Positions 1 to 12,440 of a DNA stretch of 64,000 nucleotides are shown one piece after another. The notes below the pieces were generated by a model. That model saw nothing but the letters and a program-made list of their open reading frames with translations, ran no database searches and was not told the origin of the DNA. The stretch is from Sminthopsis crassicaudata (taxonomy: Eukaryota), in NCBI RefSeq assembly GCF_048593235.1, contig NC_133621.1:219687238-219751237 (forward strand), written 5' to 3'. Made by a program: the position numbers and the translations under genes. Within the stretch, counting starts at the first letter, position 1. Each line of letters begins with the position of its first letter.

Positions 1-473
1 CCTAGCTACCCCTGTATTTATTTCTTTATTTTGTAAAGTTATTTTCATAAAAATATGTTATGGAATAACAAATATTATTTTTAAATGAATTAATAAATAT
101 GTATATATTTTATTTCCAATTTGGTAAGTATTATTAGATAGAATTCACACAGACAAAAGCTCATTGGGGTCCTCAAATTTTTTTAAGAGCATAAAAGGGT
201 CTCAAGGCCAAAAAGTTTGAGGATCCTTGGCTTAGAAGGTATTAGGATACTAATGAGAAGGTGAAATCTTTGGATCACTTCCTTAGCGGAGAGCTTTTGA
301 AGAAAATGGCCAAAGAGGAATTGAGTGATTTTAGGAGAATGAGTCTTCTAGGGTTTTTCAAAAGATTGTGATTATTATTCTAGTGACTAAATTGTGCGAT
401 TATATCTTATCTTGTGAAATTTTTCTCCATAAGCATTCTTATAAACGCTACTTCAAAATGTCTTGTTTTGGAG

Positions 474-674
474 CAGAGAGGGGTTCTTAAACTGAGGTAC
501 CTGAATTTGCTTTTTCAAAATATTTTGATAATTGTATTTTAATAGAATTGATTTCTTTGTAATCTTATGTGTTTTACTTTAGATATTTAAAAACATTATT
601 TTGAAAAGGGATTCATGAGGGTTCACCAGATTACCCATGAGATCCAGGACACATAAAAAGATTAAAAACCTCTG
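474..674. mobile_element. hAT/Charlie-type non-autonomous DNA transposon (MITE)
   Basis: Imperfect terminal inverted repeats cagagagggggttcttaa ... ttaaaaacctctg; degenerate 8-bp TSD ttttggag / tttgggaa. Related remnants near 140-232 and 37245-37455. Confidence 0.6.
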
Positions 675-859
675 TTTGGGAAAGATATTTGAAGGCATGA
701 AGAGATGTCTATGTCAGTTCGAATATTTCTCCTAAGCAAACCAATGCTTGAATTTAGAATAACGATAAATTAATAAAAATTGCTTTTGGCAAGCTTATGT
801 CAACAAGACAGATTATGGTATTAATATATATCTTTGACACTAGATAATAGCATAAGAAA

Positions 860-1450
860 CTGTCAATTCTTTGCTAGCATCTAAGCAAGCCTCATCTGCT
901 GCTATTCATTCTGTTGATACCAGTTTAGTAACCCTGTCAAATAAGAAAATTAAGTTAGTCTGGCATGACTTGTTTTTAATAAAGCCACAAATTATTTTCT
1001 CTAGATGTTTGCTAACCATGTAATAACGTGTCCTGGAATTTTGTCAGTAAGTAAGTGAGTTCAACTCACTGGCCTCTAGGATGCAGAATTCATTTTCTTT
1101 CTTCCTCCCTCCTCCTCTTTTGTTTTGAAACTGGCACTTTGGCCTCCTCCAATCCAGTGATCCTTTTCTTTTTTCTTTTGTCATTGACAGTCACTTAACA
1201 ATCATACCTACTGTTTTTTTTTTGTTTTTGTTTTGTTTTGTTTTTTTTCTGTTGCGATGCTTAAACTCATTAAGGGCAGCTAAGTATTCTCTTACTATCT
1301 TATTTATTTAGGGTATCAACTCCCCATTAGCTACTCAAGTTCTGTCCTTTCCTGTACAAAGATCATTCTCCTTGGCAGAGAAAAAAAGAACAAAAATAAG
1401 AGCTGAGCAGCTCCATCTCTTCTCTCTAACCATTGCCCCATCCATATGGA
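860..1450 (-). mobile_element. Degraded CR1/L3 LINE ORF2 fragment
   Basis: Minus-strand remnants LLSSYFCSFF (about 1380-1410; LLNSYFASVF-like), a YRPVSLT-like motif (about 1060-1080) and GFIKNKSCQTNLIFLFDRVTKLV (about 915-985). Confidence 0.7.
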
Positions 1451-2664
1451 ATAGCAAATGTATCCCTTTTTTAATTTCTCATTTTTTCTTAATTAAGCTA
1501 AAAGCTTTAAAAAAAAAAAAAAAAAAAAAGCATTTGTACCATCTTCAGCTTTCCTTACCAGCCTCAGCTCAGTCTGAGTTACCTTTGAACTACTGGGCCT
1601 CTGGAAACCATGCCCTGGGTGACAATCTACTCAGTCCTGGAATCAGTGTACTGGGTCCCTGCTATATCAGTTTGGTGATCTAGTTAGTGTAGACACATGT
1701 AGTTTGCTCCATCTGGCCAGTCCTTTACTCCAGACCATGTTTTCACATCCATCCAACCATTTATCCCCCATGCATGCCTTTGCCATTGAGCCTGCTTACT
1801 TCTTTCTCAGGGAATAATAATCAAATCAACACTACTATTGCTTCTGGGAAAGGGATGTCAGTTGATTCCCCACTGGCTCTCCTCACCATCCATGTGATTT
1901 GCTAAACTAAAACACCTTCCCTGGCTGCTTCTCTCTTATATGTGTGGTCTCCCCAGACTACAACATAAGCTTCTTAAGGACAGGAACTATCATGTTTTCA
2001 TTATTTATATGCAACGGGCTTAAATATGGTTTCTTGCTGATTGCATGAGTTTATTATGTGCTTTTCATTTATTCATTTAGCATTCCTGACACTTAAAGAA
2101 TCATGTGAAATAGATGCTTAGGATTATTGGGTCCATTTTACCAGAGAGGAAGCTGTCCATCTTATAGGAGGAAAGAAAGCTCTGTTTGGAGTCAGATGAC
2201 CTGAATCTGAGTCCTAGTTCTGTCAGTTACTTCGTTTTTGACCAGGGGCAAGCAATAATAACAATGATAATGGTGATGCTAATAATAATAATTGGTATTA
2301 TCATACTTTAGGGAAAAGAAGGCAAGATTTGTAGACAAGGTAACCTGGGTTTGAATCCTGGATTTGCCACTTATTTCCTGTGTGACCATGGATAAGTTAT
2401 CGTAATTATAACAATAGCTAGCATGCACTAGTACTTAAAATTTGTTAGGAGATGCTATAGTTATCCCTATTTAACAGATAAGGAGTTGAGTCTTAACAGA
2501 GGCTAAGTGATTTGCCTAAGATCACATAGCTAGTGTCTGAGACTGGATATGAACTCAGTACTTTCTGACTTCTGAGCCAATTCTCAATCTATTCTACAAC
2601 CAAGCTGCCTCTCTAGATCTTCATTTCTTCATCTATAAAATGAGGGATTTAAAGTCATGGCCTT

Positions 2665-3400
2665 ATTTTAAAAAATAGCTTTCAACATTTATTTTTGTAG
2701 GACTTTGTGTTTCAAAATTTTCTCTGCTTCCTTCCTTATCTCCCCTCTCCCCAAGACAGCAAGAAATCTGATATAGATTAAATATGTACAATTCTTTTAA
2801 AACTATTTCTACATTTGTCATGCTATGCAAGAAACATCAGACCAAAAGGGAAAAAACCATGAGAAGGAAAAAAAAAAAAAAAAAAACAAAAGGTGAAAAT
2901 ACTATGTTTCTATTCCCATTCTATCTCCATAGTTCTGTCTCTGTATGTGGGTGGCATTTTCCATTCCAAATCTATTGGAACTGACTTGAATCAGCTCATT
3001 GTTGAAAAGAGCCAAGTTCATCACAGTTGATCATCACATAATTTTGTCATTACTGTATACAATGTTTTCCTGATTCTGCTCACTTTAATCAGCATCAGCT
3101 AATGTCTTTCCAGGCTTTTCTAAAATCAGGCTCTTCATGTTATAGAACAATAATATTTCATTACATTCATATACCATAAAATATTCAGCCAAAACCCAAC
3201 TGAGAAGCATCCACTCAATTTCCAGTTCTACAAACATTTTTGCAATATGGGCCCTTTTCCCTCTTTTATGATCACTTTGGATACAGACCCATTGGTGACA
3301 TTGTTGGATCAGATGGTATGCACAGTTTTATAGCCCTTGAGACATAGCTCTAAATTGCTCTCTAGAATGGTTGGATCATTTCACAACTCCATCAACAATG
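2665..3400 (-). mobile_element. Older L1 3' end inserted in a MIR
   Basis: Marsupial L1 3'UTR-like sequence; degenerate TSD aagtcatggcctt (2652-2664) and aagtaatggactt (3401-3413). Confidence 0.7.
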
Positions 3401-3869
3401 AAGTAATGGACTTCTAAAGGTTCTTCAAAGTAATTTACTCAAGGTTATACCTATTTGATACTTGAGGCAGGATTGAAATTTGAAGTCTGCCTGATTCCAA
3501 ATCCAGTTCCCAGCTATTTAAGAAACACCAGTACTCTCTAAATTGTGGCATCCTGGTGCAAAATTCTGATCACCCAACCCTGGTTATGCTTCTACTTTCA
3601 TGGACAATGAAAATATTATCTGCACCTTTAAGGTCTTCAACTTCTTACCCAAGATTTTGTAATTTTTAGTAATGCTTTCTAGGTTTTTTTTAGAAGTATC
3701 ATGTGTGCCCACATGAATCACCATAAGTTAGTAGTAATCATTTGGTTCTACAAGTCTTGGGAGTATTTCTGTCACATCTTAGATACATAGCCCAGGAAGA
3801 GAGCCAATCTCTCTAAGATTGTTACCAGATTGACACTTACCTCAGTGTCACTAGAGATTGACTCACAGG

Positions 3870-4716
3870 ATAACAGAAATTCAAAATTAGAGTGGCAATC
3901 TAGTCCAACCCATTCACAAAAGGAATTTACACTATAATAAACTTGACAAATAGCCCTTTAACCTTTGCTTGAAGACCTCCAAAGAATGGGAACTCCCTAG
4001 CTAAGTAGCCAACTTCACTTTTGGACAATTGTAATTCTTTGTTTTTTTTTTTTTGTATCACACTTAACTTTGCTTCTCTACAGCCTCCATCCATTGTTTC
4101 TGGTTCTGCCGTCTGAAAAAATATCTGAAAAAAGTTGTAGACTAGATATTGCTTAGTCTTCTTTTCTCCAATTTAAATATCCCGAATTCCTCCAACTGAT
4201 TGTATTATGACACAAACTCAAAGTTTTTCAACTACCCAATTTCCCCTGATCTGGATACTTGTCAGTTTATACATATTCTTCTTAAACTATGAAACATGTT
4301 TAACTGAACATAATAACTCCAGATGAGGTCTGAGGGGGGCAGGGAAAAGTGAGATCATCACCTTTTCCTAGAAGCTATGCCTCTTTTAATGCAGCCCAAA
4401 ACTGAATCATTTTTTTTTGTTTTGTTTGGTTTGGTTTGGTTGCTACGTCATGTTGCTGACTCTTAAACTATGATGCACGTTTAACTGAATGTAATACTCC
4501 AGATGAAGTCTGAAGGGACCAGGAAAAAGTTTGATCATTATCTCTCTTTTCCCTAGAAGCTATGCCTTTTTTAATGCAGCCCAAAATTGAATTTTTTTTT
4601 GGGGGGGCTGCTATATTATGTTGCTGACTCATTTTGAGCTTGGAGTCCACTAAGTCCTACAGATTTTTTTTTAGAACAACTAATGTCTTAGCACACTCTC
4701 CAATTTTATATTTGTG

Positions 4717-4765
<49 letters not shown>

Positions 4766-5075
4766 CACGCGGCGTGCCCAGGTATGATACTTTACATTCA
4801 TCCCAGCTGAATTTAATCTTGTTAGATACAAATACTCTGGCCTATCAATATTCTTTGGGATCCTGACTTCAGTAATATACTCCAGTATGTTAGCTGGTCA
4901 TTAGATTGGGAGTTCCTGGAGGGCAAGGGCTAGTGCCCTTTTTGTATCCTCAGCATTTAGCACAGTTTCTAGACACTTAATAAATGATTATTGACTATCT
5001 GACTAACTAGTCTTTTCAACTTTGAGTCATCTGCAGATCTGAGAAGGAAGCCAGATATACCTTTATCCAAATCAT
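3870..5075 (-). mobile_element. Degraded CR1/L3 LINE RT and C-terminal fragment, with internal duplication and L2/microsatellite interruptions
   Basis: Minus-strand remnants: FADD-like region (about 5025-5040), KFSWDECKVSYL (about 4779-4815) and QLEEFGIFKLEKRRL (4198-4155). Confidence 0.75.
4719..4772. repeat. (TG)n followed by (CG)n, an alternating purine-pyrimidine tract
   Basis: gtgtgt...gtgtgcgcgcgcacgc. Confidence 0.95.
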
Positions 5076-8000
5076 TAAGAAGATTTTCTCATTCCTCTAG
5101 TTCTTATTGGAAGACCCCTCATTTAATAACATCTAGGGAACAGAGGAAGCTCTCTTATTTAATTTTCTTTTTTTTTAAGCTGCTGGCCATGAACTTTAAA
5201 ATTTTCATTTATTTACTTAATTTATGGAATAAAACAAGCACGTTCATAATATAATTTAATAAAAAAGGTGATTGTACATGAAACTGGAAATCTGTGAGGT
5301 ATAACACTATTTTTTCAAGAAAAACCATAGTAATAGCCTTTCCATGCCTCTTTGATCATTGGAAAATTTAACCCCTGAAATTTAAATTCACATCCTTCCT
5401 GCTACAGTTAGGAACTGAGAAGGAAATTTGCAAGATCAGTGATTAAAATTCAATAAAGGTTTATTAAGTGTCTGCTATGAACAGGGAATTGTGGTACAAA
5501 CTGGGCATGCAATGACAAAAAATGAAAATAGTCCTTGTCCTTGACCTTAGAGCCTCTCCCTTTTTTAAAGAATTCAGTTGTTTTTATTCTGCACTTAACA
5601 AATAATAAATAAAACAAGAAATTCCATATACCTAATAGAGCAGATAAGACAGTACATGAAACTGCAAGCCTTTATTATATAGTTTGCTTTCTTTTAAAAT
5701 ATAATAAATTCAATATGTGTCTTTCAAAGCTATCCAGCTTTTCTGCTCTTTGATCCTTCTACTCTCTTCTATGCATTAAATGAATCAATAATTTTCTTTC
5801 TTTTTTTTTTTTTTTGGCCACTTATCTCTAGCATCCTCTTCTTCTCATTCTACTCCCTAAATTGAAAGAACAAAACTCAGTCCTTGTATGTAATACATAT
5901 AAAAAGAAAGGCAAATTCCTACATTGGCTGTTTTGGAAAATGTAGAACTTATTTTGCGTTTTGAATCTATCACTTCTCAGTCTAGCGGTCGGTAGCATGA
6001 TTCATTATGAGTCTTTTGGAAGCATGGTTGGTCATTGCATTGACCAGTCTTAAGAAAGATCTTAGATTCTATTTCAAAGGATAATATTTAGGACTACTTA
6101 GTTCTAAATATATTAGGGTTATTTAGACCAAGTGGTCCAATTCCCTTATTCTATAGATAAGAAAAATGAAGTCCAGAAGGGTTAACTTGTGACTTCCTCA
6201 AGCTCATACAGGTAGCAGATAGCACAACTAGTATGTGAAGGTAGTTCCACATGCCTAGAATCTTTACTTTTTGTTTTATTTTTTTTTTCTACCCCATATT
6301 GCCTATTCCCAAAAGTCCTTTCTCTCAAAATTCAGAACTGGATATATACATACTTTTTAGATAATACTGGAAAAAAATTTCCCCTACGTATTTGTTCTAT
6401 TCCTAGTTTGTTTCTTTGTTTTTTTTCCGGAACAGGGTCTTGTCTGTGGATCAGGAGAAACTAGCAATGATCCTCCAGACCTTCTTCCTCCCAAGGAAGG
6501 CATCTTAGAAACACCAGCAGACCTGGAAGTTTCATCCTTTCCTATGCTGAATATGGAAGAAGCCTTTGTAGAATCATAGGAACTGAATGTCTTGGCTCAG
6601 CCCCTTCATCCAGCTTCCAAATATTCTGTCTAATGAGTTCCAGCTGTGTGTACAGCTCTGGCAGGCATTTCCCATACTGCTTCTAGGAAACTCGTGACTA
6701 ATTAAGTGGGGAGGGGGTATTTCCCTCCCAAAAAATAGAAGTTTCTAGGGCAACAGAGATGGCTAACAGCCATACTCAGAAAAGGAAAGCCCCTTCCAAG
6801 CTCTATTCGGTCAAAGTTCTGAGAAGAATATTAAAGAAAAGAATTATTTCCCTCCCTCACATCCAGAGTAACCCCCTCGGCTGGCTCTGACTTAATGAGG
6901 GCCTGGCGTCTCATTTCCTGTGTCCTGTCATAGGCCTTGTCTTTTCTGTAGTCAGAGATGTACAGTCTTTTTGGGGGTTGGGCCATTTCTTCCTCTGCCT
7001 CCATTGATGACCAAGATCTTTCTCAATCTACTGCTAATTTTTTTAGGCAAGGAGGGTGTGTCAAAGATAAAGAAAGGGGGATAAGCCAGAGGAAAGGTTT
7101 TTAAGTTTCTTCTTAGCTGAGAAATCTCTGAGGAAGACACGGACTTCACTTTGTTCCCAATCTTCTTTAAAGTTTGTAAAGTTCTTTTTATCCATTATAT
7201 TTTATTTCCTATATAGTCTTGTGAGGTTGGTGCAACTAGCATTTTGTTTCCATTTTACAGATGTGGAAATTAAAATTTGAGACCTTACTCAGGGTCACTT
7301 AGCTAGTAAATGTGGGTGGAATGTTTTGAACTTGGATTTCTATTGATATAGAGAACTTTTCATGTCACCATTCTGCTTCTCATATCTTTCTAATTATTGA
7401 AAAGTATTCTGGGAAATATAACCTTTTCCTTCTCCTCCTCCTCTTGCTATCTTGTACCTTGGGGGCAGAGAAGGAAACTGGCATCACTGGGGGAATCAGG
7501 CCTTCGAGATTGTGTTGGTGGGATTTTCTGACACCCTATGATCACATCCTCCATTCTCTGCCCTTACCCTAACCCCAATTCCTAGTCCAGATGTCAAATT
7601 TTTGAAGGGATAAACCTGTGTCTTGTTGGCCATGCGAGAATGAGAACCAGTATAGTATGTGGTCATAGAGAAGTGAGTCACCATGTATCCTTTAAGGGCA
7701 CTCATTATTCCTGTCTGTCTTTGCTGATTCCCAAACTTGAGGCAGCAAGGGATCCAAATAATCAAAAAGCACATCATGTTTGACTATTGGTGGGGGTCCT
7801 TTAATCATATGCCTCTGGTCCTTCATTGTGGTTCTCCCCTGCAGAGCCATCAGAGGGAGTCAGTACCCCATCTTGCCCCCTGTAAGTCCCAGTCATCCTA
7901 GTCATACCCTTTATATGACCAGTGCTTCAATGGACAGATCATTTTCAACTCATTTACATTTCCTTAATATGGTTTGTCTATATATCCCCTAGCTTCTTTC

Positions 8001-9005
8001 ATTGTTCCCATCTAGTTCTACTCGAGGGTTAAGGTTAGGGCTCAAAGACTGCTGGGTAATACTTCTACATCAGACTACAGAAAAGGATATTTAGGAAGTC
8101 AGAATGCAACTGATTCTTTCTCTCCCACCTTGTTCCCTCCTCATATTGGGCAGGTGATCTTTGGGGAATGAGGCAGTATGATTTGGGATTACGAGTATCT
8201 CTTAAAGATCTGTCATTTGTTCTCTGTACTTTATTTTGGCCACCACTGGGATGTGTATATTTGTGACTCAGAACATTTGTTTCTCAATTGGGTACTGGAT
8301 GCTGGGTGAGTCAAGAATACCATATATGCAGAGGCAAATGAATCAGGAGCTTCCTTTCTTCCCATTAAGGGTTCCTATTTTATATATTTATATATCAGAA
8401 TTGAGAAGAAAGGTCAGAATAAGTTACTGGTGAAAACTTTAACAAAATAACCCAACCCCTATTCCCAGTGTTTAAGATATCTCTAGGAGGTCCCTATTGA
8501 GATAGAGAAGTTTCAAGTATAAAAATCAGGATCAGAAAGAGGGCTTAATCTGGCTCTGTGTATGCTTTGGACAAATCACTTAATTACTCTGAGTCTCAGC
8601 TCCCTTATTTATAGAATTGAGTTATACACTTGTATTATCTACCTCATTAAGCTATTTAGGAGGATCAGATGAGATTATGTGAAAATGTATGTTTTAAAAT
8701 AGTCACAATGCATTAAATTTATATAGCATCTTACTGTTTCAATAAAAAAACCAAATTTAATCAAGGTATGCTATCATCATCATCATCATCAATCATTTGA
8801 TAAATTTACTATCCTAACTTTCAATGCCTTTCTTAGTCTGCTCTTCACCTTCCTTACCAGACAGATCTCCATTCTTCCCTTACAAAAGCCACCTCTCTGC
8901 TTTACTCACACTGGTCTATTCACTCCTCCTTCTCCCTCCCAAATATTTTGTACTTTATTAATTTCAAGTTGTTGTTGAGATAATGTTTTTCACATCAGAA
9001 ATTTC

Positions 9006-9444
9006 TTTTTTTTCTCCTTTTTAAAAATTAATTTTATAATTATAAATTTTTTGACAGTATATATGCATGAGTAATTTTTTTTATAACATTATCCCTTATA
9101 TTAATTTTTCCAGATTTTCCCCTCCCTCCCTCTACTTCCTCCCCTAGATGACAGGCAATCCCATACATTTTACATGTGTTACAATATAACCTAGATACAA
9201 TATATGTGTGTAAATCCCATTTTCTTGTTGCATGTTAAGTATTGGATTCCGAAGGTATAAGTAACCTGGGTAGATAGACAGTAGTGCTAACAATTTACAT
9301 TCACTTCCCAGTGTTCCTTCTCTGGGTGTAGTTGTTTCTGTCCATCATTGATCAGTTGGAAGTGAGTTGGATCTTCTTTATGTTGAAGATATCCACTTCC
9401 ATCAGAATACATCCTCATACAGTATTGTTGTTGAAGTGTATAGT
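9006..9444 (-). mobile_element. 5'-truncated L1 3' end with poly(A) and 14-bp TSD
   Basis: Plus-strand T-rich tail from 9006; TSD acatcagaaatttc at 8992-9005 and 9445-9458; near-identical to the copy at 50020-50200. Confidence 0.85.
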
Positions 9445-10568
9445 ACATCAGAAATTTCCTACTCTTTTCTCTCCTGCTCCCACATCTCCAGGCCAATTCA
9501 ATGACCATCTTCTTTCCATGAAACCTTCCCTAATCACCTCCACCTGAAGGGCTCTCCTTTCTTTCTCTTCTCTTAACTCACCATAGTTTATGTTTATTCC
9601 AACTACTTGGCACTTAGAACATATTTCTTTATAAGCTTCCCAAATGTCTTCCATTATTTCCAGTTTATTTTACATCTTTCTTGTCAGTAGTTGTTTATAT
9701 GCTCCATTGGGCTGTGAACTTTTGGAGATCAAAGACCATCTTTTGATTCTGTTTCTATATTTTGCATTTAGCAAGTTAGCAAATGCCTGGCATGTATTAG
9801 ACACTTAAATGTTTATCTGATTAACTATTCATGTGTGTATATCATATTCTTCCTAGTATCTTTTATTTATCGTTTATCTCTCACTTCCACCTAAATATTA
9901 GGTGACATTTTATAGTGATTTTAAGGTATATGGTCTCATGTAATCCTTAAACTGTTCAAAAGAGGTATTGTCGCTTCTCTTTGAAAAGATCAACACTTTA
10001 AAGCATAGGGAGTATAAGTAATTTGGCCATAGTCTTATTCTCAATTTCTGGATTCAAACTCAATTTTTTCCTGGCTCCAAGTTCAAGGACATTTTTGCCA
10101 CACTAACGTATATTTGGTCCAGTGAATTAGCAGGAGTTATAACACTGAGGAGTGAGGAAGTGACTCTTCCAGACATTACAAATTATCCCAAATCAAGCAC
10201 TTCAGCTACCCTGTGCCTCTTATTGAACAGTTAACAGGGAGAACTAGACAGTTCCATTAATGCTAAAAGATTAAATAATCTTCATGAAGATGACCCAAGG
10301 TAGATTGGGGTTTGGGTTAGATGGGGGTCTAAGAATGACTCAACTCCAGGCAAGCCTAATCTTTCCCCTAGAGTTACCTAACCCTGATGACCAATTCAGA
10401 CACTTCACAGATTACCATCATCAAAGCAATCTTCCTTGATCAGCTTAGATTCAGATATTTGGCTTCCTCTTTCTGATTGTATAGATGCAAGAGATCTTCG
10501 GAAAACGGCTTTTCCTGCCCAGTAGGGCAAGAGTTAAAAGGAATAGTTGCAACACATCTTTTCTAGAC

Positions 10569-10628
10569 TGAGTCACCTCCCTGTTCTGCCCCCTTCCCCC
10601 TCCATAGTCCCAGCTAAAATATTATAAA
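10569..10628 (+). promoter_or_regulatory. MMP19 proximal promoter: AP-1 site and TATA box
   Basis: TGAGTCA at 10569-10575 and TATAAA at 10623-10628, 140-200 bp upstream of the ATG. A proximal AP-1 plus TATA is the established layout of inducible MMP promoters. Confidence 0.8.
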
Positions 10629-10767
10629 GAGGGACTAAAAGCAAAGGCTGGGAACTGAAAGTCCTGGGAGATCTCTCTGTCCCAAATTCAGCCTGTTTTT
10701 CAGGGATTTCAGCTGCGGTAGACAGACACTCTCCCTGGATTTGGTGTTCCCAGGCTGTGATAGGATC

Positions 10768-10857
10768 ATGAAGTGGGAGCTGCTATGGCTGGAATGTCTC
10801 CTTCCCATAATGGTGGCAGGAAAGTCTGTGAAACTAGTGGATGAGGAGGAAGCTCTG
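10768..10857 (+). CDS. MMP19: MMP19 exon 1 (signal peptide)
   Basis: ATG 10768, [30 protein letters not shown], donor GTGAGT at 10858. Confidence 0.9.
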
Positions 10858-12393
10858 GTGAGTGTCAATTAATGGTAAGGGGAAGACCCTGGGTTTTGCA
10901 AAGAAGATAGTTAGCAAGATGGGGCAGCTCTTGCCAAAAACTTCCCATTTACTCCCTATTTCTTACCTTCTTTCTAATCTAATCTTTCTTTCTAATCTTC
11001 CCTCTTCCCACTGTTCTGTCCTCCCACTAATTGTGATTTGCTCTTCTCTTCTTTCTTTCTTCTCCCCTCTGCAATATAGTTTTCTCCATCCCTCTTTTCC
11101 CTATGGATTTTGTTTGATCAGTCAGATGACGCCTGAGCTCTGATGCCATAAATTGCAGGAAAGGTAGAAAGATTTTCCTTAACTAGGAGTTCCCTTCACC
11201 AATAAAATTGCAGATCCATTCCTTATTGCTATCCTTCCTAGGGTTACCTAGTAAAGTATGGATACCTTCAGAAGCCTCTGGAAAGATTGACAGATGGTTT
11301 TGAGCCAGAAGAGGTGAAAGAAGCAGTAAGGTAAGAGGTCAAGAATGGAAATGTTGGCAAAGTAGCATGCTATGATCCTCAGCTATAAAGACTGAGGAAG
11401 AATATTGGTGTTAAATATATGGGCAAATTATCTATTTATCTATCTGTATGTAATGTATGTATATATGTATACCCTACATACATATGTATAGACAAATAAA
11501 TGATAAATAAATACATAGTGAAGAAGGAGATGCAAACATTTATTAAGAATGGATGTGGGGGCAGCTAGGTGGCACAGTGGATAGAGCACCAGCCTTGAAT
11601 TCAGGAGGACCCGAGTTCATATTTGATTTTAGACACTTAACACTAGCTGTGTGACCCTGGGCAAGTCACTTAACCCCAGCCTCAGGGGGGGGGGGGAAAG
11701 AATGATTATGTCAGGCATTGTTCTAAGCACTTTATAGATGCTGACTTATTTGATTTTCATAACAACTTTGTGATGTAGATGTGATTATTATCTCCATTTT
11801 ATAGTTGAGGAAACTGACGCAGACAAAAATTAAGGACTCATACTAATAAAAATTAAGATAGTAAGTGTCTGAGGCCAGATTTGCACTCTGATCTTTCTGA
11901 TTTCAGGCCCAGTGCCCTATCCATGGCATGCCCCCTAACTGCNNNNNNNNNNNNNNNNNNNNNNNNNNNNNNNNNNNNNNNNNNNNNNNNNNNNNNNNNN
12001 NNNNNNNNNNNNNNNNNNNNNNNNNNNNNNNNNNNNNNNNNNNNNNNNNNNNNNNNNNNNNNNNNNNNNNNNNNNNNNNNNNNNNNNNNNNNNNNNNNNN
12101 NNNNNNNNNNNNNNNNNNNNNNNNNNNNNNNNNNNNNNNNNNNNNNNNNNNNNNNNNNNNNNNNNNNNNNNNNNNNAGAGAGNNNNNNNNNNNNNNNNNN
12201 NNNNNNNNNNNNNNNNNNNNNNNNNNNNNNNNNNNNNNNNNNNNNNNNNNNNNNNNNNNNNNNNNNNNNNNNNNNNNNNNNNNNNNNNNNNNNNNNNNNN
12301 NNNNNNNNNNNNNNNNNNNNNNNNNNNNNNNNNNNNNNNNNNNNNNNAGAAACAGTCACAGAGAGAGATGAGAGAGAAAGAGAGAGAAAGAGA

Positions 12394-12440
<47 letters not shown>

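Noticed and set aside
246-371. 41-codon open frame DTNEKVKSLDHFLSGELLKKMAKEELSDFRRMSLLGFFKRL*
   Set aside because: No recognisable homology and no convincing splice acceptor; it sits between two DNA-transposon remnants, and the length is expected by chance.
7496-7992. ORFs of 93 aa (-) and 70 aa (+) upstream of MMP19
   Set aside because: No recognisable domain or exon structure; more consistent with non-coding regulatory sequence.
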